NCBI GenBank assembly: GCA_964016885.1
Contig: OZ024740.1
Coordinates: 162,068,001 to 162,132,000 of the forward strand
From: Eledone cirrhosa
Taxonomy: Eukaryota
Length of the DNA stretch: 64,000 nt
Reading direction: 5' to 3'
The position numbers were made by a program, and so were the translations under genes. The notes under the pieces are model-generated. The model made no database searches, was not told where the DNA came from, and saw nothing but the letters and a program-made list of their open reading frames with translations. Below, piece after piece: positions 51,473 to 63,993 of this stretch. Position 1 is the stretch's first letter, and each line of letters starts with the position of its first letter.

Positions 51473-54400
51473 GACCCATCTCAATCATTACCTTCTTGCT
51501 AGCTACCCAACACCCCTCCCTCCCACCCCCACACACCACCATTGCTATTACGTGGACCAATCATAAAACAGCCCCCACGTACCACCAGTATTATTACGCG
51601 GACCAATCAGAAACCAGAGGCCTATACTATCGCTTGCCTGGTTGCCTTTCGATATACGATATATGATGGATGGATGGACTGCGGAATCCTGGAGAGTGGA
51701 GGTGAGAGAGAAAAATCTGGACGCTCAGCGACAATGCCAAAGATAAAGACAAATTCACCCCTTGGACGAGAATGCGAGCACTCCTCATTGTTTCGACCGC
51801 GGACGGCTAACATAACACCATCGCCCCCCGCCCCTCACCGCCCCCAACCCCCAAACGCAATCCAAAACTTCAGAGTTGGTACCATAAATGTAGGCACCCT
51901 AAAGGGTCGCGCTAACGAGGTTGTAGAAATGCTTGAACGTAAGGAGGTCGATGTTTGTTGTATTCAAGAGACCAGGTGGAGGGGTGGGTCTGCTAGGTTC
52001 ATTGAGGGTAAAAAACGTTGTTATAAGCTTTTCTGGGTGGGAAACGACGATGGGCTGGGTGGAGTAGGAATCATGGTAGCAGAAAAGTGGGCAGATAAGA
52101 TAATAGACGTAAATAGAGTGAACGACAGAATAATTAAAATACGACTTGTCCTCAATAGAACTACGGTGACAGTAATATCTGCGTACGCACCCCAATCCGG
52201 ACTGCCCGGCACTATAAAAGACAGATTCTATGAGACACTGATGCTAACTACCTCCCAAATATCCGACAGTGACTATATAATTATCGCAGGCGACCTAAAT
52301 GGTCACGTTGGACAACATTGTGACGGCTACGACGAAATCCATGGAGGCTATGGGTTTGGTACTAGAAATGAGGAAGGCTCCAGAATCCTGGAATTCTGTG
52401 ATGCAAATAACCTAACTATCTGTAACACTAACTTCAAAAAACGTGACAATCACCTGATCACCTATAGATCCGGGGAACACACAAGCCAGGTAGATTATAT
52501 CCTTACCAGAAGACGTGACAGAGTGTCTGTTGTTAACACTAAATCCCTCCCCCATGAAGAATGCACCTCCCAACATAGACTGATAATTAGCGACCTCATA
52601 GTCAGGACGAGACGTACTCGACAACAGAAGAGGACTATCCTCAGGAGGAAAATATGGAAGTTAAAGGACCCCACAGCCAGGAATAAATTTCAAAGCATAT
52701 TACTTGATGCTTTCGACAGTAAGGAAGAGCATCTAGAGTCGGACAATATAGAGGGAGAGTGGGAATTTCTGAAAGCAAACCTGCTGTTGGCGACAGACGA
52801 GGTCTGTGGCTGGAGCAGGCCTGTAGGCAGGAGGAGAGTAACATGGTGGTGGAACAGTAAGGTGGAGGGGTCAATTAAGGCCAAAAAGCAGGCTTGGAAA
52901 GTATGGCGGGATGGGGGAAGTAGAGAGGACTATCAAGTGGCCAGGAGGGAAGCTAGGAGACAAGTGTACTTAGCAAGAAGGGAAGCTGAGGAAAGAAAGT
53001 TCAAGCATGTTCTACAACGCGATGACCAAAAACGTGAGGTGTTCAGGATTGCTAGGCAATGCGTCAAGGAAAACCGTGATATTGTCGGGGAGAAGTGTGT
53101 ACTAAACGACGATGGCACACTTGCCATCACCGACGCTGATAAGAAGGTAGCTTGGAAGTGTCACTATGAAAGGCTTCTAAATGAGGAGAATAATTGGGAG
53201 AAAGGCAGTCTCCCCCATATCGACCCAATAGAGGGACCAGCAGTGTTAGTCGAGGGGAGTATAATAAGTAAGGCAATCAAGGATATGAAGACTGGTAAGG
53301 CGGCTGGGCCTTCGGAAATAGTTGCTGAGATGCTGAAGGCATCTGGCACGGTGGGACACACCATGGTCACCCGCATAGTTAACCAAGTCGTACAAAACGG
53401 GGTTGTTCCGAAGGACTGGCATAGCAGCATCATCGTTAACTGTTATAAGGGTAAAGGAGACGCCCTAGATAGGAGTAACTATAGAGGCATTAAATTAATC
53501 GACCAGGTCATGAAGGTCACGGAAAGAGTAATAGCGCAGCTAATCAGAGAGAGAATTGACCTAGATGAAATGCAGTTCGGGTTTGTGTCAGGCAAAAGTA
53601 CCACAGACGCTCTTTTCATAGTACGACAACTACAAGAGAAGTACCTAGCTAAAGGTAAACCCCTCTACTTAGCTTTCGTCGACTTGGAGAAAGCCTTCGA
53701 CAGAGTCCCCCGCTCCATTATCTGGTGGGCTCTTAGAAAACTAGGCGTTGACGAATGGCTTGTGAGGGCTATACAAGCCATGTATAAAGAAACAGTCAGC
53801 AAGGTTAGAATTAACAACGAATATAGTGAAGAGTTTAGCGTAAAAGTCGGCGTCCATCAGGGCTCTGTTCTCAGTCCACTACTATTTATTATTGCCCTTC
53901 AGGCCATAACAGAGGAGTTCAAGACAGGCTGCCCATGGGAACTCCTATACGCAGACGACCTGACACTCATAGCGGAATCAATGGCCGAGCTAGAGAAGAA
54001 ATTCCAAACATGGAAGCACGGCCTAGAGTCAAAAGGACTTAAAATTAACCTGGCTAAGACCAAAGTACTAGTTTGTAGGAAAGAAAACAAGGCGGCGGTC
54101 CCTTCTGGGAAATGGTCGTGCTCGGTGTGTAGGAAAGGCGTAGGTAGAAACTCCATTTTATGTCCTAAATGCAAAGTATGGGTGCATAAAAGATGTAGTG
54201 GGATCACAGGTAGGCTAACTAAGAACATAGATTTTACATGTGGCCGGTGCTCTGGTGCAATAAGTAGCAGCAAGTGCCCACAAACTACTAGCTCTTTCAA
54301 TTGCGCAGAGGGTTCTATAGAAATAGTGGACAGCTTCCGTTACCTGGGCGATAAAATCAGCAGTGGGGGAGGGTGCTCTGAAAGTACTGTAGCTAGAGTC

Positions 54401-55296
54401 AGAACTGGTTGGAAAAAGTTCAGAGAGCTTATACCACTATTAGCTGCTAAAGGGTTCTCACTAAAAATGAAAGGCAGGTTGTACGATGCCTGCATACGAA
54501 CAGCAATGCTGCATGGCAGTGAGACCTGGGCATTGTGTGCAGAGGATATACGCAGACTAGAGAGGAACGAAGCTTGCATGCTCCGCTGGATGTGTAACAG
54601 TAATATACGTGAACGGCAAAGCATAAACGAACTAAGGAATAAATTAGAGATAAGAGGGATCAGATGTTGTTTACTCGAGAGAAGGCTACGTTGGTATGGA
54701 CACGTGATGCGCATGAAAGTCGATAGCTGTATAACAAAGTGCAGGGCAATAAAGATAGACGGTAGTCACGGAATAGGCAGACCTAGAAAAACCTGGGACG
54801 AGCTGATAAACTCCGACATCACACACTTACACCTCTCCAAGACAATGTCACTGGACCGAGACCTTTGGCGGTACTCAGTAACAGAGAAGACCCGCCTTAC
54901 CTAAATATATAGTAAAACCTACTCCAGCCAGTAGGCATCTCTAACAAATACACCCCGTCCCACCACCCCCACCCGATCCACACCACCCCGTTCTATGTAA
55001 AGTTATGTTGGTGCCGCGCCATCGAGGCCGAAACAAATGAGATCGTGTAGGTGTCACGACAAAAAAACACACAGTCCACGCTGTAATGTGGCCGTGTAGG
55101 CAACACGGTAAAAACCTCCCAGACCCACACTGTAAATGTGGTTGGTGTTAGGAAGGGCATCCAACTGTAGAAAACCTGCCAGACAGTCCTATGCGAGCAA
55201 GACAATCACTCTTGCCTCAAGTGGGACTACCCCCGTCCAAACCCATGCAAGCGTGGAACACGGACGTTAAACGCTGATGATGATGATGATGATGAT
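51473..55296 (+). mobile_element. Full-length or near-full-length RTEX-like LINE
   Basis: Short 5' region, one intact ORF, a 3' UTR with tandem subrepeats and a (GAT)n tail. Satellite lies on both sides. Confidence 0.95.
51734..54904 (+). CDS. APE endonuclease + reverse transcriptase with embedded PHD finger
   Basis: GTINVGTL, IQETRW, AGDLNGH, SQHRL, QFGF, FVDLEKAFD, QGSVLSP, YADD, CxxC..CxxC..HxxC..CxxC and FRYLG, with no internal stops. The start may instead be the in-frame ATG at 51674. Confidence 0.93.
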   Translation: MPKIKTNSPLGRECEHSSLFRPRTANITPSPPAPHRPQPPNAIQNFRVGTINVGTLKGRANEVVEMLERKEVDVCCIQETRWRGGSARFIEGKKRCYKLFWVGNDDGLGGVGIMVAEKWADKIIDVNRVNDRIIKIRLVLNRTTVTVISAYAPQSGLPGTIKDRFYETLMLTTSQISDSDYIIIAGDLNGHVGQHCDGYDEIHGGYGFGTRNEEGSRILEFCDANNLTICNTNFKKRDNHLITYRSGEHTSQVDYILTRRRDRVSVVNTKSLPHEECTSQHRLIISDLIVRTRRTRQQKRTILRRKIWKLKDPTARNKFQSILLDAFDSKEEHLESDNIEGEWEFLKANLLLATDEVCGWSRPVGRRRVTWWWNSKVEGSIKAKKQAWKVWRDGGSREDYQVARREARRQVYLARREAEERKFKHVLQRDDQKREVFRIARQCVKENRDIVGEKCVLNDDGTLAITDADKKVAWKCHYERLLNEENNWEKGSLPHIDPIEGPAVLVEGSIISKAIKDMKTGKAAGPSEIVAEMLKASGTVGHTMVTRIVNQVVQNGVVPKDWHSSIIVNCYKGKGDALDRSNYRGIKLIDQVMKVTERVIAQLIRERIDLDEMQFGFVSGKSTTDALFIVRQLQEKYLAKGKPLYLAFVDLEKAFDRVPRSIIWWALRKLGVDEWLVRAIQAMYKETVSKVRINNEYSEEFSVKVGVHQGSVLSPLLFIIALQAITEEFKTGCPWELLYADDLTLIAESMAELEKKFQTWKHGLESKGLKINLAKTKVLVCRKENKAAVPSGKWSCSVCRKGVGRNSILCPKCKVWVHKRCSGITGRLTKNIDFTCGRCSGAISSSKCPQTTSSFNCAEGSIEIVDSFRYLGDKISSGGGCSESTVARVRTGWKKFRELIPLLAAKGFSLKMKGRLYDACIRTAMLHGSETWALCAEDIRRLERNEACMLRWMCNSNIRERQSINELRNKLEIRGIRCCLLERRLRWYGHVMRMKVDSCITKCRAIKIDGSHGIGRPRKTWDELINSDITHLHLSKTMSLDRDLWRYSVTEKTRLT

Positions 55297-55410
55297 ATAT
55301 ATATATATATATATACTATATGTATATATATATATATATACTATATGTATATATATATATATACTATATGTATATATATATATATATACTATATGTATAT
55401 ATATATATAC

Positions 55411-55441
<31 letters not shown>

Positions 55442-55503
55442 ATATACTATATGTATATATATATATACTATATGTATATATATATATATATATATACTAT
55501 ATG

Positions 55504-55630
<127 letters not shown>

Positions 55631-55633
55631 TAT

Positions 55634-58600
55634 CGATCTTGACATCGTGGCTTTGTCTGAGACGAGGTTAGCTGGAGATGGTCATCTTACGGAATTTTGT
55701 GGAGAATATACATTCTTCTGGAAAGGAAGAGATGAAGGAACCAGAAGAGAGGCTGGGGTAGGATTTGCTGTTAAGACTGTACTGGTGAATAAATTGGAAG
55801 AATTCCCAGTGGGGATTAGTGAGCGTCTTATGTCCATGAGAGTTCCGCTGGACAAGGGAAGATATGCTACCCTGGTGAGTGTGTATGCTCCAACTATGAA
55901 TTCTGTCGATGAAGAAAAACTGTCCTTTTACCATGCCTTGAAAGGTGTTTTAAGAAATATCCCTCAGGCAGACAAAGTCATCGTGCTTGGTGACTTTAAT
56001 GCTAGAGTGGGTAGGGATTTTAACACATGGAATGTAATCGGAAGGCATGGGGTGGGAAAGTGTAACAGCAATGGTATGCTCTTGCTGCAGATGTGTGAGG
56101 AGCTGGATCTGTGTGTTACCAACACCATGTTCCAACAAAAGAACAAATTCAAGACCACATGGATGCATCCTGCATCTAAGGAATGGCATCTTTTGGACTA
56201 CGTCCTAGTCAGGATGCGTGACAGACAGGATGTGCGGTGTGTTCGTGTTCTTCGTGGAGCTGAGTGCTGGACGGACCACCGCCTGGTACGCGCAAAAGTG
56301 AATCTAATCACCAAACGTAAAATCCGGGCTCCTGGTGTTACCCTGCCCAAAAGATTGAATGCTGCTCGTCTTAAGGATAAAAATGTGAAGAGGACATTGG
56401 AAGAAGAGATGCAGGCTGCAGATCTTGGTGAGGATTGGCCGACCCTTAAAAAGTCGGTTTATGATGTAGGCAGACGTGTTCTGGGATTGGTGCAGAGAAA
56501 ACATCAGGACTGGTTTAATGAGAAAGATGTGCATATAGATGACTTGTTGGCTGATAAGAGGCGCGCTCTGTCACGCTACTTGACGGCAAGACCACAGGAG
56601 AGGAATACGTTGCATGAGGAGCTCAGGGATGTAAAATCACGTGTTAGGCGGAGTCTTTCTCAGATGAAGGATCAGTGGTGGAGTGAGAAGGCTGGTGAGA
56701 TACAAACTGCGTCTGATTGCAATAACACAAAGCTGTTGTACAGTCTCTTGCGTGAGGTTTATGGACCGTCTTCTTCTCTGGTGACACCGATTCGCAGCAA
56801 GGATGGCAAAGAACTTCTTCGTGACTCACAGGGAATTCTACGAAGGTGGCGGGAGCACTTTGATGATCTTTTGAATCAGCCGTCTGTCGTCAGTGAAGAT
56901 TTCCTCAATCTCATTCCGGAAAGTCCTGTGAAAGTAGCTCTCGCAGAGCCTCCGACACTTGTGGAGGTTGCAGTGGCTATTTCGAAGCTGAACAGTGGAA
57001 GATCTCCAGGTATGGATGGCATACATGCTGAGCTCCTACAATATGGTGGTGAGAGACTCCTGCAACATCTTCACTCTCTGTTTGGAAGGATATGGGCTAA
57101 TGAATCCGTGCCTGAGGACTGGAGAGATGCAGTAATGGTGGTCTTGTACAAGGGAAAGGGTAACAGGAATGATTGTGGGAACTACAGAGGTATATCATTG
57201 CTTTCTGTCGTGGGGAAAGTTTTATGTAGGGTGCTTCTGGACCGTCTGCTGACACACATTGCAGATTGTGTCCTTCCTGAAAGTCAATCTGGTTTTCGTG
57301 TTGGACGCGGCACTACTGATATGATCTTCTCAGCTAGACAGCTCCAGGAGAAGTGCATTGAACAGGGCTTGGATCTGTATCAGGTTTTTGTCGATCTGAC
57401 AAAGGCTTTCGATACTGTCAACAGAGATGCATTATGGAAGGTTCTCCAGAAACTTGGTTGCCCTGATAAGTTCCTTGCTTTAGTTAGGTCTTTCCATGAC
57501 GACATGAAGGCTTGGGTTAATGTCGGAGGTAACATGTCGGAGCCTATCTCAGTAAAAAATGGAGTGAAACAGGGGGATATTCCAGCACCGACCCTGTTTG
57601 CCATATACTTTGCAATGGTTTTCTGTATTGCATTCAGGAATTGCGAGCATGGTGTTTACATCCGATATCGAACCTCAGGCAGCATATTTAACATCAGGCG
57701 CTTTGCTGCGAAGACAAAAGTATTTACATCAGTCATAAGAGACCTCTTGTATGCAGATGATTGCGATCTTGTAGCGCACACAGAGAGTGATATGCAGCAC
57801 ATTTTGAATGTATTTTCTGACGCTTGCACTGCCCTGGGTTTGACTGTCAGTCTCAAGAAAACCGTCGTCATGTACCAACCTGCACCTGGTAGGCAGTACA
57901 CTGAACCAAACATCTATGTGTATGGCAAACGACTTGGAGTGGTTGATCAGTTTGTCTACCTGGGAAGCACTGTCAATCGATACGGCAACCTTGACGGTGA
58001 AATCTCACTTAGGATTAGGAAAGCAAGTGATGCTTTCGGAAAGCTAGAAAGGCGACTCTGGGGTCGGCGAGACATATGCAGGAGGACAAAGGTAAAGGTG
58101 TACAGGGCATGTATACTCTCTTGTCTTCTTTATGCCTGCGAGACCTGGGTCACATATCGACGCCACCTTAAGCAATTGGAGCGTTTCCATCAGATGTGTC
58201 TCAGACGGATACATGGCGTTCGCTGGAGGGACCACATCAGTGATGTCGAGATTTTGGAAAGCTCTATGTGTGACAGTATAGAAGCTCTTGTGCTTAAGCA
58301 GCGACTCCGTTGGAGTGGTCACCTTGCCAGGATGAAGGATTCTAGAATACCAAAACAACTCTTCTATGGAGAGTTGGTTAAAGGAAAACGACCGCCACAT
58401 AAACCAAAAAAGAGGTATAAGGATTCCTTGAAGGCCTCTCTGAAAGACGCTAACATCTCTGCTGATACATGGGAAAATATTGCTGCTGATCGTAATAAAT
58501 GGAGAAAGACTGTATATGAGGGAAAAGTTGCCTTTGAGGCATCTCGAATCGCACACGAGAAAGTAAAGCGGGACGTGAGGAAGGGTATTGCTGTTGCACT

Positions 58601-58939
58601 TCCAGACGGCGAGGGTCCTCCTATGTTTCTGACATGCAGCGTCTGTGCGAGACTCTGCCTAAGCAAAGCTGGACTCGAAAGTCATCTTCGCAGTCATAAA
58701 GTAAGACCAGTGGTTGACTACCAGGCTGCTGTTGGAGATGCTACTCATCATGCTTGCCAAACATGTGGTAGAGAATGTAAATCAGCAGGAGGACTCAAGC
58801 GACATGCAAAAGTACACGAACTCCAACCACAGCCGACTATTCCCAGTAAATGTTTTGGTTGCCGACTCTGTGCAAGACATTTTGGATCATTGGCTGGGCT
58901 AAAAAGCCACATTCGATCGCAGCACTGTTAGTTGCTATC

Positions 58940-58977
<38 letters not shown>

Positions 58978-59039
58978 GCTTATGTGCGTGCATGTGTGTG
59001 TATATATATATGAATATGTATATTATTATTGTTGTTGTC

Positions 59040-59084
<45 letters not shown>

Positions 59085-59150
59085 TTTTTTTTTTTTTTTT
59101 TTTTTTTTTATTGTGCAATGGCCATACTCGATAACGAGGGGGCAGCCATC
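55634..59150 (+). mobile_element. RTE (BovB-like) LINE, slightly 5'-truncated
   Basis: Begins inside the APE domain ([11 protein letters not shown]). The 3' UTR holds microsatellites and ends CTCGATAACGAGGGGGCAGCCATC. Confidence 0.95.
55635..58931 (+). CDS. APE + RT + three C-terminal C2H2 zinc fingers (N-terminus missing)
   Basis: [33 protein letters not shown] and FVYLGS, then CSVC..H..H, CQTC..H..H and CRLC..H..H. Open for about 1100 codons. Confidence 0.92.
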   Translation, partial: DLDIVALSETRLAGDGHLTEFCGEYTFFWKGRDEGTRREAGVGFAVKTVLVNKLEEFPVGISERLMSMRVPLDKGRYATLVSVYAPTMNSVDEEKLSFYHALKGVLRNIPQADKVIVLGDFNARVGRDFNTWNVIGRHGVGKCNSNGMLLLQMCEELDLCVTNTMFQQKNKFKTTWMHPASKEWHLLDYVLVRMRDRQDVRCVRVLRGAECWTDHRLVRAKVNLITKRKIRAPGVTLPKRLNAARLKDKNVKRTLEEEMQAADLGEDWPTLKKSVYDVGRRVLGLVQRKHQDWFNEKDVHIDDLLADKRRALSRYLTARPQERNTLHEELRDVKSRVRRSLSQMKDQWWSEKAGEIQTASDCNNTKLLYSLLREVYGPSSSLVTPIRSKDGKELLRDSQGILRRWREHFDDLLNQPSVVSEDFLNLIPESPVKVALAEPPTLVEVAVAISKLNSGRSPGMDGIHAELLQYGGERLLQHLHSLFGRIWANESVPEDWRDAVMVVLYKGKGNRNDCGNYRGISLLSVVGKVLCRVLLDRLLTHIADCVLPESQSGFRVGRGTTDMIFSARQLQEKCIEQGLDLYQVFVDLTKAFDTVNRDALWKVLQKLGCPDKFLALVRSFHDDMKAWVNVGGNMSEPISVKNGVKQGDIPAPTLFAIYFAMVFCIAFRNCEHGVYIRYRTSGSIFNIRRFAAKTKVFTSVIRDLLYADDCDLVAHTESDMQHILNVFSDACTALGLTVSLKKTVVMYQPAPGRQYTEPNIYVYGKRLGVVDQFVYLGSTVNRYGNLDGEISLRIRKASDAFGKLERRLWGRRDICRRTKVKVYRACILSCLLYACETWVTYRRHLKQLERFHQMCLRRIHGVRWRDHISDVEILESSMCDSIEALVLKQRLRWSGHLARMKDSRIPKQLFYGELVKGKRPPHKPKKRYKDSLKASLKDANISADTWENIAADRNKWRKTVYEGKVAFEASRIAHEKVKRDVRKGIAVALPDGEGPPMFLTCSVCARLCLSKAGLESHLRSHKVRPVVDYQAAVGDATHHACQTCGRECKSAGGLKRHAKVHELQPQPTIPSKCFGCRLCARHFGSLAGLKSHIRSQHC

Positions 59151-59166
59151 ATATATATACTATATG

Positions 59167-59223
<57 letters not shown>

Positions 59224-59285
59224 TATATGTATATATATATATATATATATATACTATATGTATATATATATATATATATATATAC

Positions 59286-59362
<77 letters not shown>

Positions 59363-59407
59363 TATATGTATAGATATAGATATATATAGATATATATATA
59401 CTATATG

Positions 59408-59439
<32 letters not shown>

Positions 59440-59627
59440 ACTATATGTATATATATATATATATATATACTATATGTATATATATGAAAAGTGTAATTTT
59501 CTACACAAAACGAAGGTTATAGAGAAAATTGAGGTTGGTAATGGCACATGGAATATATAAGAGACAGAATACTTTTTTGTGAAAAAACATATAATTTTAT
59601 AAGGTAAGGAAATAATAAAGGGTATAA

Positions 59628-59675
59628 AAAATGACCGGTTTCGATGGGTCTGCAAAAGCCATCTTTTCAAATGTT
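59628..59675 (-). ncRNA. Minimal type I hammerhead ribozyme, U3-A8 core variant
   Basis: Minus strand AACAT-TTGAAAA-GATGG(11 nt)CCATC-GAAA-C(CG)G-TC|ATTTT. The site is GUC and stem I pairs 4 of 5. Confidence 0.65.
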
Positions 59676-59903
59676 GATTAATATTAAGAAAAAATAATAA
59701 TAAGAAGAGTTAAAATTCGAGATTTGAAAATTCAAGTACAAAATTCATTGTGGGATTTCATAGTAGTTTTCATCTTGGTAGCCGCAAGTTGACTGCTGTG
59801 TGCCTTTCTGGTAGTGAATGAGAAGTTATTTGGGGGTGTGGGTTATTTTATATATATATATATTTTATAGCTTGGTCTAATTGATTGTTTATGTGGTATA
59901 TAC

Positions 59904-59962
<59 letters not shown>

Positions 59963-59963
59963 G

Positions 59964-60000
<37 letters not shown>

Positions 60001-60001
60001 G

Positions 60002-60038
<37 letters not shown>

Positions 60039-60163
60039 GTATATATATATATATATACTATATGTATATATATATACTATATGGATATATATACTATATG
60101 TATATATATATATATACTATATGTATGTATATATGAATATATAAATATATATATACTATACGT

Positions 60164-63100
60164 ATCATCATCATCATCATCATCACCGTTTTACGTCCGT
60201 TCTTCCACGCTAGCATGGGTTAGACGGGTTGTCCTGTTGTGTGCAGTGTCTGGTCGGCTGACCATGCCTTGCTCATACAGGAACTGATCTGGCTTGATTT
60301 CTACAGCTGGATGCCCTTCCTAACACCAACCTCATTTACAGTGAGTGCTGGTTGCTTTTTCGTGGCGCCTACACGTCCACTTTACAGTGTGGGCTGGGTG
60401 CTTTTTTACCGTGGCACCTCCACGACCACCTTGCGGTGGGGGGTGTGGGGACATATTGTCTATATGCTTCAGCATGTACCCATGGGAGGTCGGGTACTCT
60501 GTATTACTGCGTGACGCCAGAAGTCACGGTCGTGTGTCATTGTCTTTGAGAGGTGTAATTGGGTAAGGTCGGCTTTTATCACCTCATCCCAGGTCATCTT
60601 GGGTCTCCTCACTCCGCGGTTTCCATCAACTTCTAGTGCTCTGCACCTTTTTATGCAGCTGTCATCCTTCATACGCATCACATGTCCATACCAGCGCAAC
60701 CGCCTCTCCTGCACACAACATTTGATTCCTCTTATGCTCAGTCTCTCTCTCAATTCATTTATGCTTTGTCGTTCACGTATATTACTGTTACACATCCATC
60801 GGAGCATGCAGGCTTCGTTTCTCTCTAATCTACGTAAGTCTTCCACCTTCAGCGCCCAGGTCTCACTACCATGCAACATCGCTGTTCGGATACACGCATC
60901 ATACAGTCTGCCTTTCATTCTGAGGGAGAAGCCTTTTGCAGCTAGCAGTGGTAGTAGTTCCCTAAACTTCTTCCATCCCGTTCTTACCCTAGTTATTGTA
61001 CTTTCTGAACACCCACCTCCGTTGCTAATTCGGTCACCTAGGTAGCAGAAGCTGTCTACTGTTTCTACAGGGCCCTCCCAGAGATTGGTGGTACTTGTTT
61101 CCTGTGGCTGTTTGCTGTTTCAGCACAGCTGCTGCATGTGAATCCTACATTCTTAATTAAGCTTCCTGAGATCCCGCTACATCTCTTGTGTACCCATTGT
61201 TTGCATTTGGGGCAGCGAATGGAGTTCCTACCTACACCTTTCCTACATACTGAGCAAGGCCATTTCCCTGAGGGGATCTGGGTTCTGTTTTCTCGTCTAC
61301 TTACAAGGACCTTAGTCTTTGTCATGTTGACTTTGAGACCCTTTCTCTCTAGTCCCTGCTTCCAGGTTTGGAATTTATTCTCTTGTTCTATCATAGATTC
61401 AGCTGAGTGCGAGGTCATCAGCATACAGGAGTTCCCATGGGCATCCGGTATTAAATTCCTCCGTTATTGCCTGCAGGACTATGATGAACAGGAGAGGGCT
61501 AAGAACAGAGCCCTGGTGGACCCCAACCTGTACGCTAAATTCCTCGCTATACTCATTGCTAATCCTAACTTTGCTGACTGCTCCCCTATACATGGCTTGT
61601 ACCGCTTTCACAAGCCATTCATCTACTCCTAGTTTTATAAGAGCCCACCAGATTACAGCACGTGGAACTCTGTCAAAGGCTTTCTCAAGGTCGACAAATG
61701 CCAAGTAGAGTGGCTTACTTTTAGCTAGGTACTTTTCCTGTAATTGCCTCACAAGGAAGAGGGCATCATGGTGCCTCTTCCTGGTACAAACCCAAATTGC
61801 ATCTCGTCTATATTCACCCGGTCCCTAATCAGCTGTGCTATAACTCTTTCTGTTACTTTCATGACCTGGTCCATCAACTTTATACCTCTATAGTTTCCTC
61901 TATCTAGTGCGTCGCCTTTGCCTTTGTAGCAGTTGACAATGATGCTACTGCACCAATCTTTTGGTATGGCCCCTTCTAGTATTACCTGGTTAACGATACG
62001 TGTGGTTATAGTGTGACCTACAGACCCAGATGCCTTCAGCATCTCGGCAGCTATACCCGATGGACCGGTTGCCTTCCCCATCTTCATATCTCTGATTGCC
62101 TTACTACGCTGCCGCTGACTTGTACTGCTGGTCCCTCTATAGGGTCTACTTGGGGTAGGGTCTCTTCTTCCCATGCATTCTCCTCATTTAGTAATCTATC
62201 ATAATGACTCTTCCATGCATCTTTCTTCTCAGCACTTGTGAGGGCAAGCTCACCTTTATCATTCCGGATACACTTCTCTCCAATGACATCACAACTATCT
62301 CTGACACACTGCCTCGCAATCTTGAATACCTCCTGTTTCTGGTCCTCACGTTGTAAAACATGCTTGAATTTTCTATCCTCTGCTTCCCTCCTAGCTAAGT
62401 ATACTTGTCGCCTAGCTTCCCTCTTGGTCTCTATGTAATGTACCCTGCTCCCCCCGTTCTTCCATTCTTTCCATGCCTGTCTCTTGGCCTTGACTGCTTC
62501 ATCTACCTTATTGTTCCACCACCAAGTCACTCTCCTCCTGCTTGAGGTCTTACTCCAGCCACAGACCTCGTCCGTCGCCTCTAGTAAATTATTTTTTAGG
62601 AACTCCCAGTTCTCTTCTACATTAAATGTCTCTATCTGTTCTTCTTTACTGTCGTAGGCGTTGAGTAAAATATCTTTAAATCTGTTACTGGTTGAGGGGA
62701 CTTTCAGCTTCCAGATCTTTCTTCTCCAGGTTGGCCTCTGTTTCAGGGCTCGTCTAGATCTGACCGTGAGGTCGCTGACAACTAAGCTATGTTGGGATGT
62801 ACATTCCTCACTAGGGAAGGCTTTTGTGTTTACGACCGTCCATCTGTCACGTCCTCTGATGAGGATAAAATCTAACTGACTAGAGTGCTCCCCTGATCTA
62901 TAGGTGATCAGGTGGTTGTCGGGTTTTTTAAAGTTTGTGTTACATATCGACATGTCATTGGCGTCGCAGAATTCTAGAAGTCTGAATCCTTCCTCATTCC
63001 TTGTGCCAACTCCATGGCCTCCATGTACTCTATTGAAGCCGTCGCAGTGTTTACCTACGTGTCCGTTAAAATCTCCTGCGATGATTAGGAAGTCCTTGTC

Positions 63101-63256
63101 GTCTGTTAGAGCAGTAGTGTGTATTAGGGACTCGTAAAACCTATCCTTAAGTTCGTCTGGCAGCCCCGATTGGGGTGCGTAAGCTGATATTATTGTGGTA
63201 ATTGTCTTAATCAGGACTAGTCTAAGTTTAATGATTCTTGCATTTACCCTGTACAC
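60164..63256 (-). mobile_element. 5'-truncated RTEX-like LINE, sister subfamily, frameshifted
   Basis: ORF pieces 62084-63256, 61749-62174, 61399-61752, 61065-61424 and 60469-60918 are colinear with the 51734-54904 protein. It ends in a (GAT)n tail. Confidence 0.95.
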
Positions 63257-63258
63257 TG

Positions 63259-63348
<90 letters not shown>

Positions 63349-63349
63349 C

Positions 63350-63402
<53 letters not shown>

Positions 63403-63489
63403 TATATGTATATATATATAATATATAAATATATATATATATATACTATATGTATATATATATAAATATATATATATATATACTATATG

Positions 63490-63520
<31 letters not shown>

Positions 63521-63521
<1 letters not shown>

Positions 63522-63993
63522 CGGAAAAAATGAAACGAAATATCATTTCCCACTCTCAGTACGACTGTTACTTAAATATAAGTATGTATACGTACATTCA
63601 TATATGTATACAGACGTACAGTAGTATGTATATATATATATATACATACATGCACACACATATATATATATGTACGTATGGATTCACCGAACATTTATTA
63701 TAATGCTCAGTGCGTTGGTAAACAAACATCCCGTATTAAGCCGTAGTGTCTAGCAACCATCGTTGCTCGTTTGTTCAACACTGACAAAGGAACGCTGTAC
63801 TAGTTTCAAGCTTATTAGCTATCGTCAGCAACGTATACCTTCCTGCCAGATGATTGAACGCATGAAAGTATATACTTTCCTTATGCATATTAACGGCTGA
63901 GCAGCCTAATTTGCATATCGAGTGGGTTAATCGGCCGGGTGCACCGAAAAGGATAAACGGAAAAAATGAAACGAAATTTCATTCCCCACTCTA
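63521..63993. repeat. About 36-bp direct repeats bracketing the hammerhead-containing segment
   Basis: ACGGAAAAAATGAAACGAAAT.TCATT.CCCACTCT at 63521 and 63957. Confidence 0.8.
63792..63834 (-). ncRNA. Minimal type I hammerhead ribozyme (canonical core) in a Penelope-like terminal repeat
   Basis: Minus strand ACGTTG-CTGACGA-TAGC(TAATAA)GCTT-GAAA-C(TA)G-TA|CAGCGT. Stem III is the palindrome ACTAGT and stem I has 6 bp with one G-U. Confidence 0.75.
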
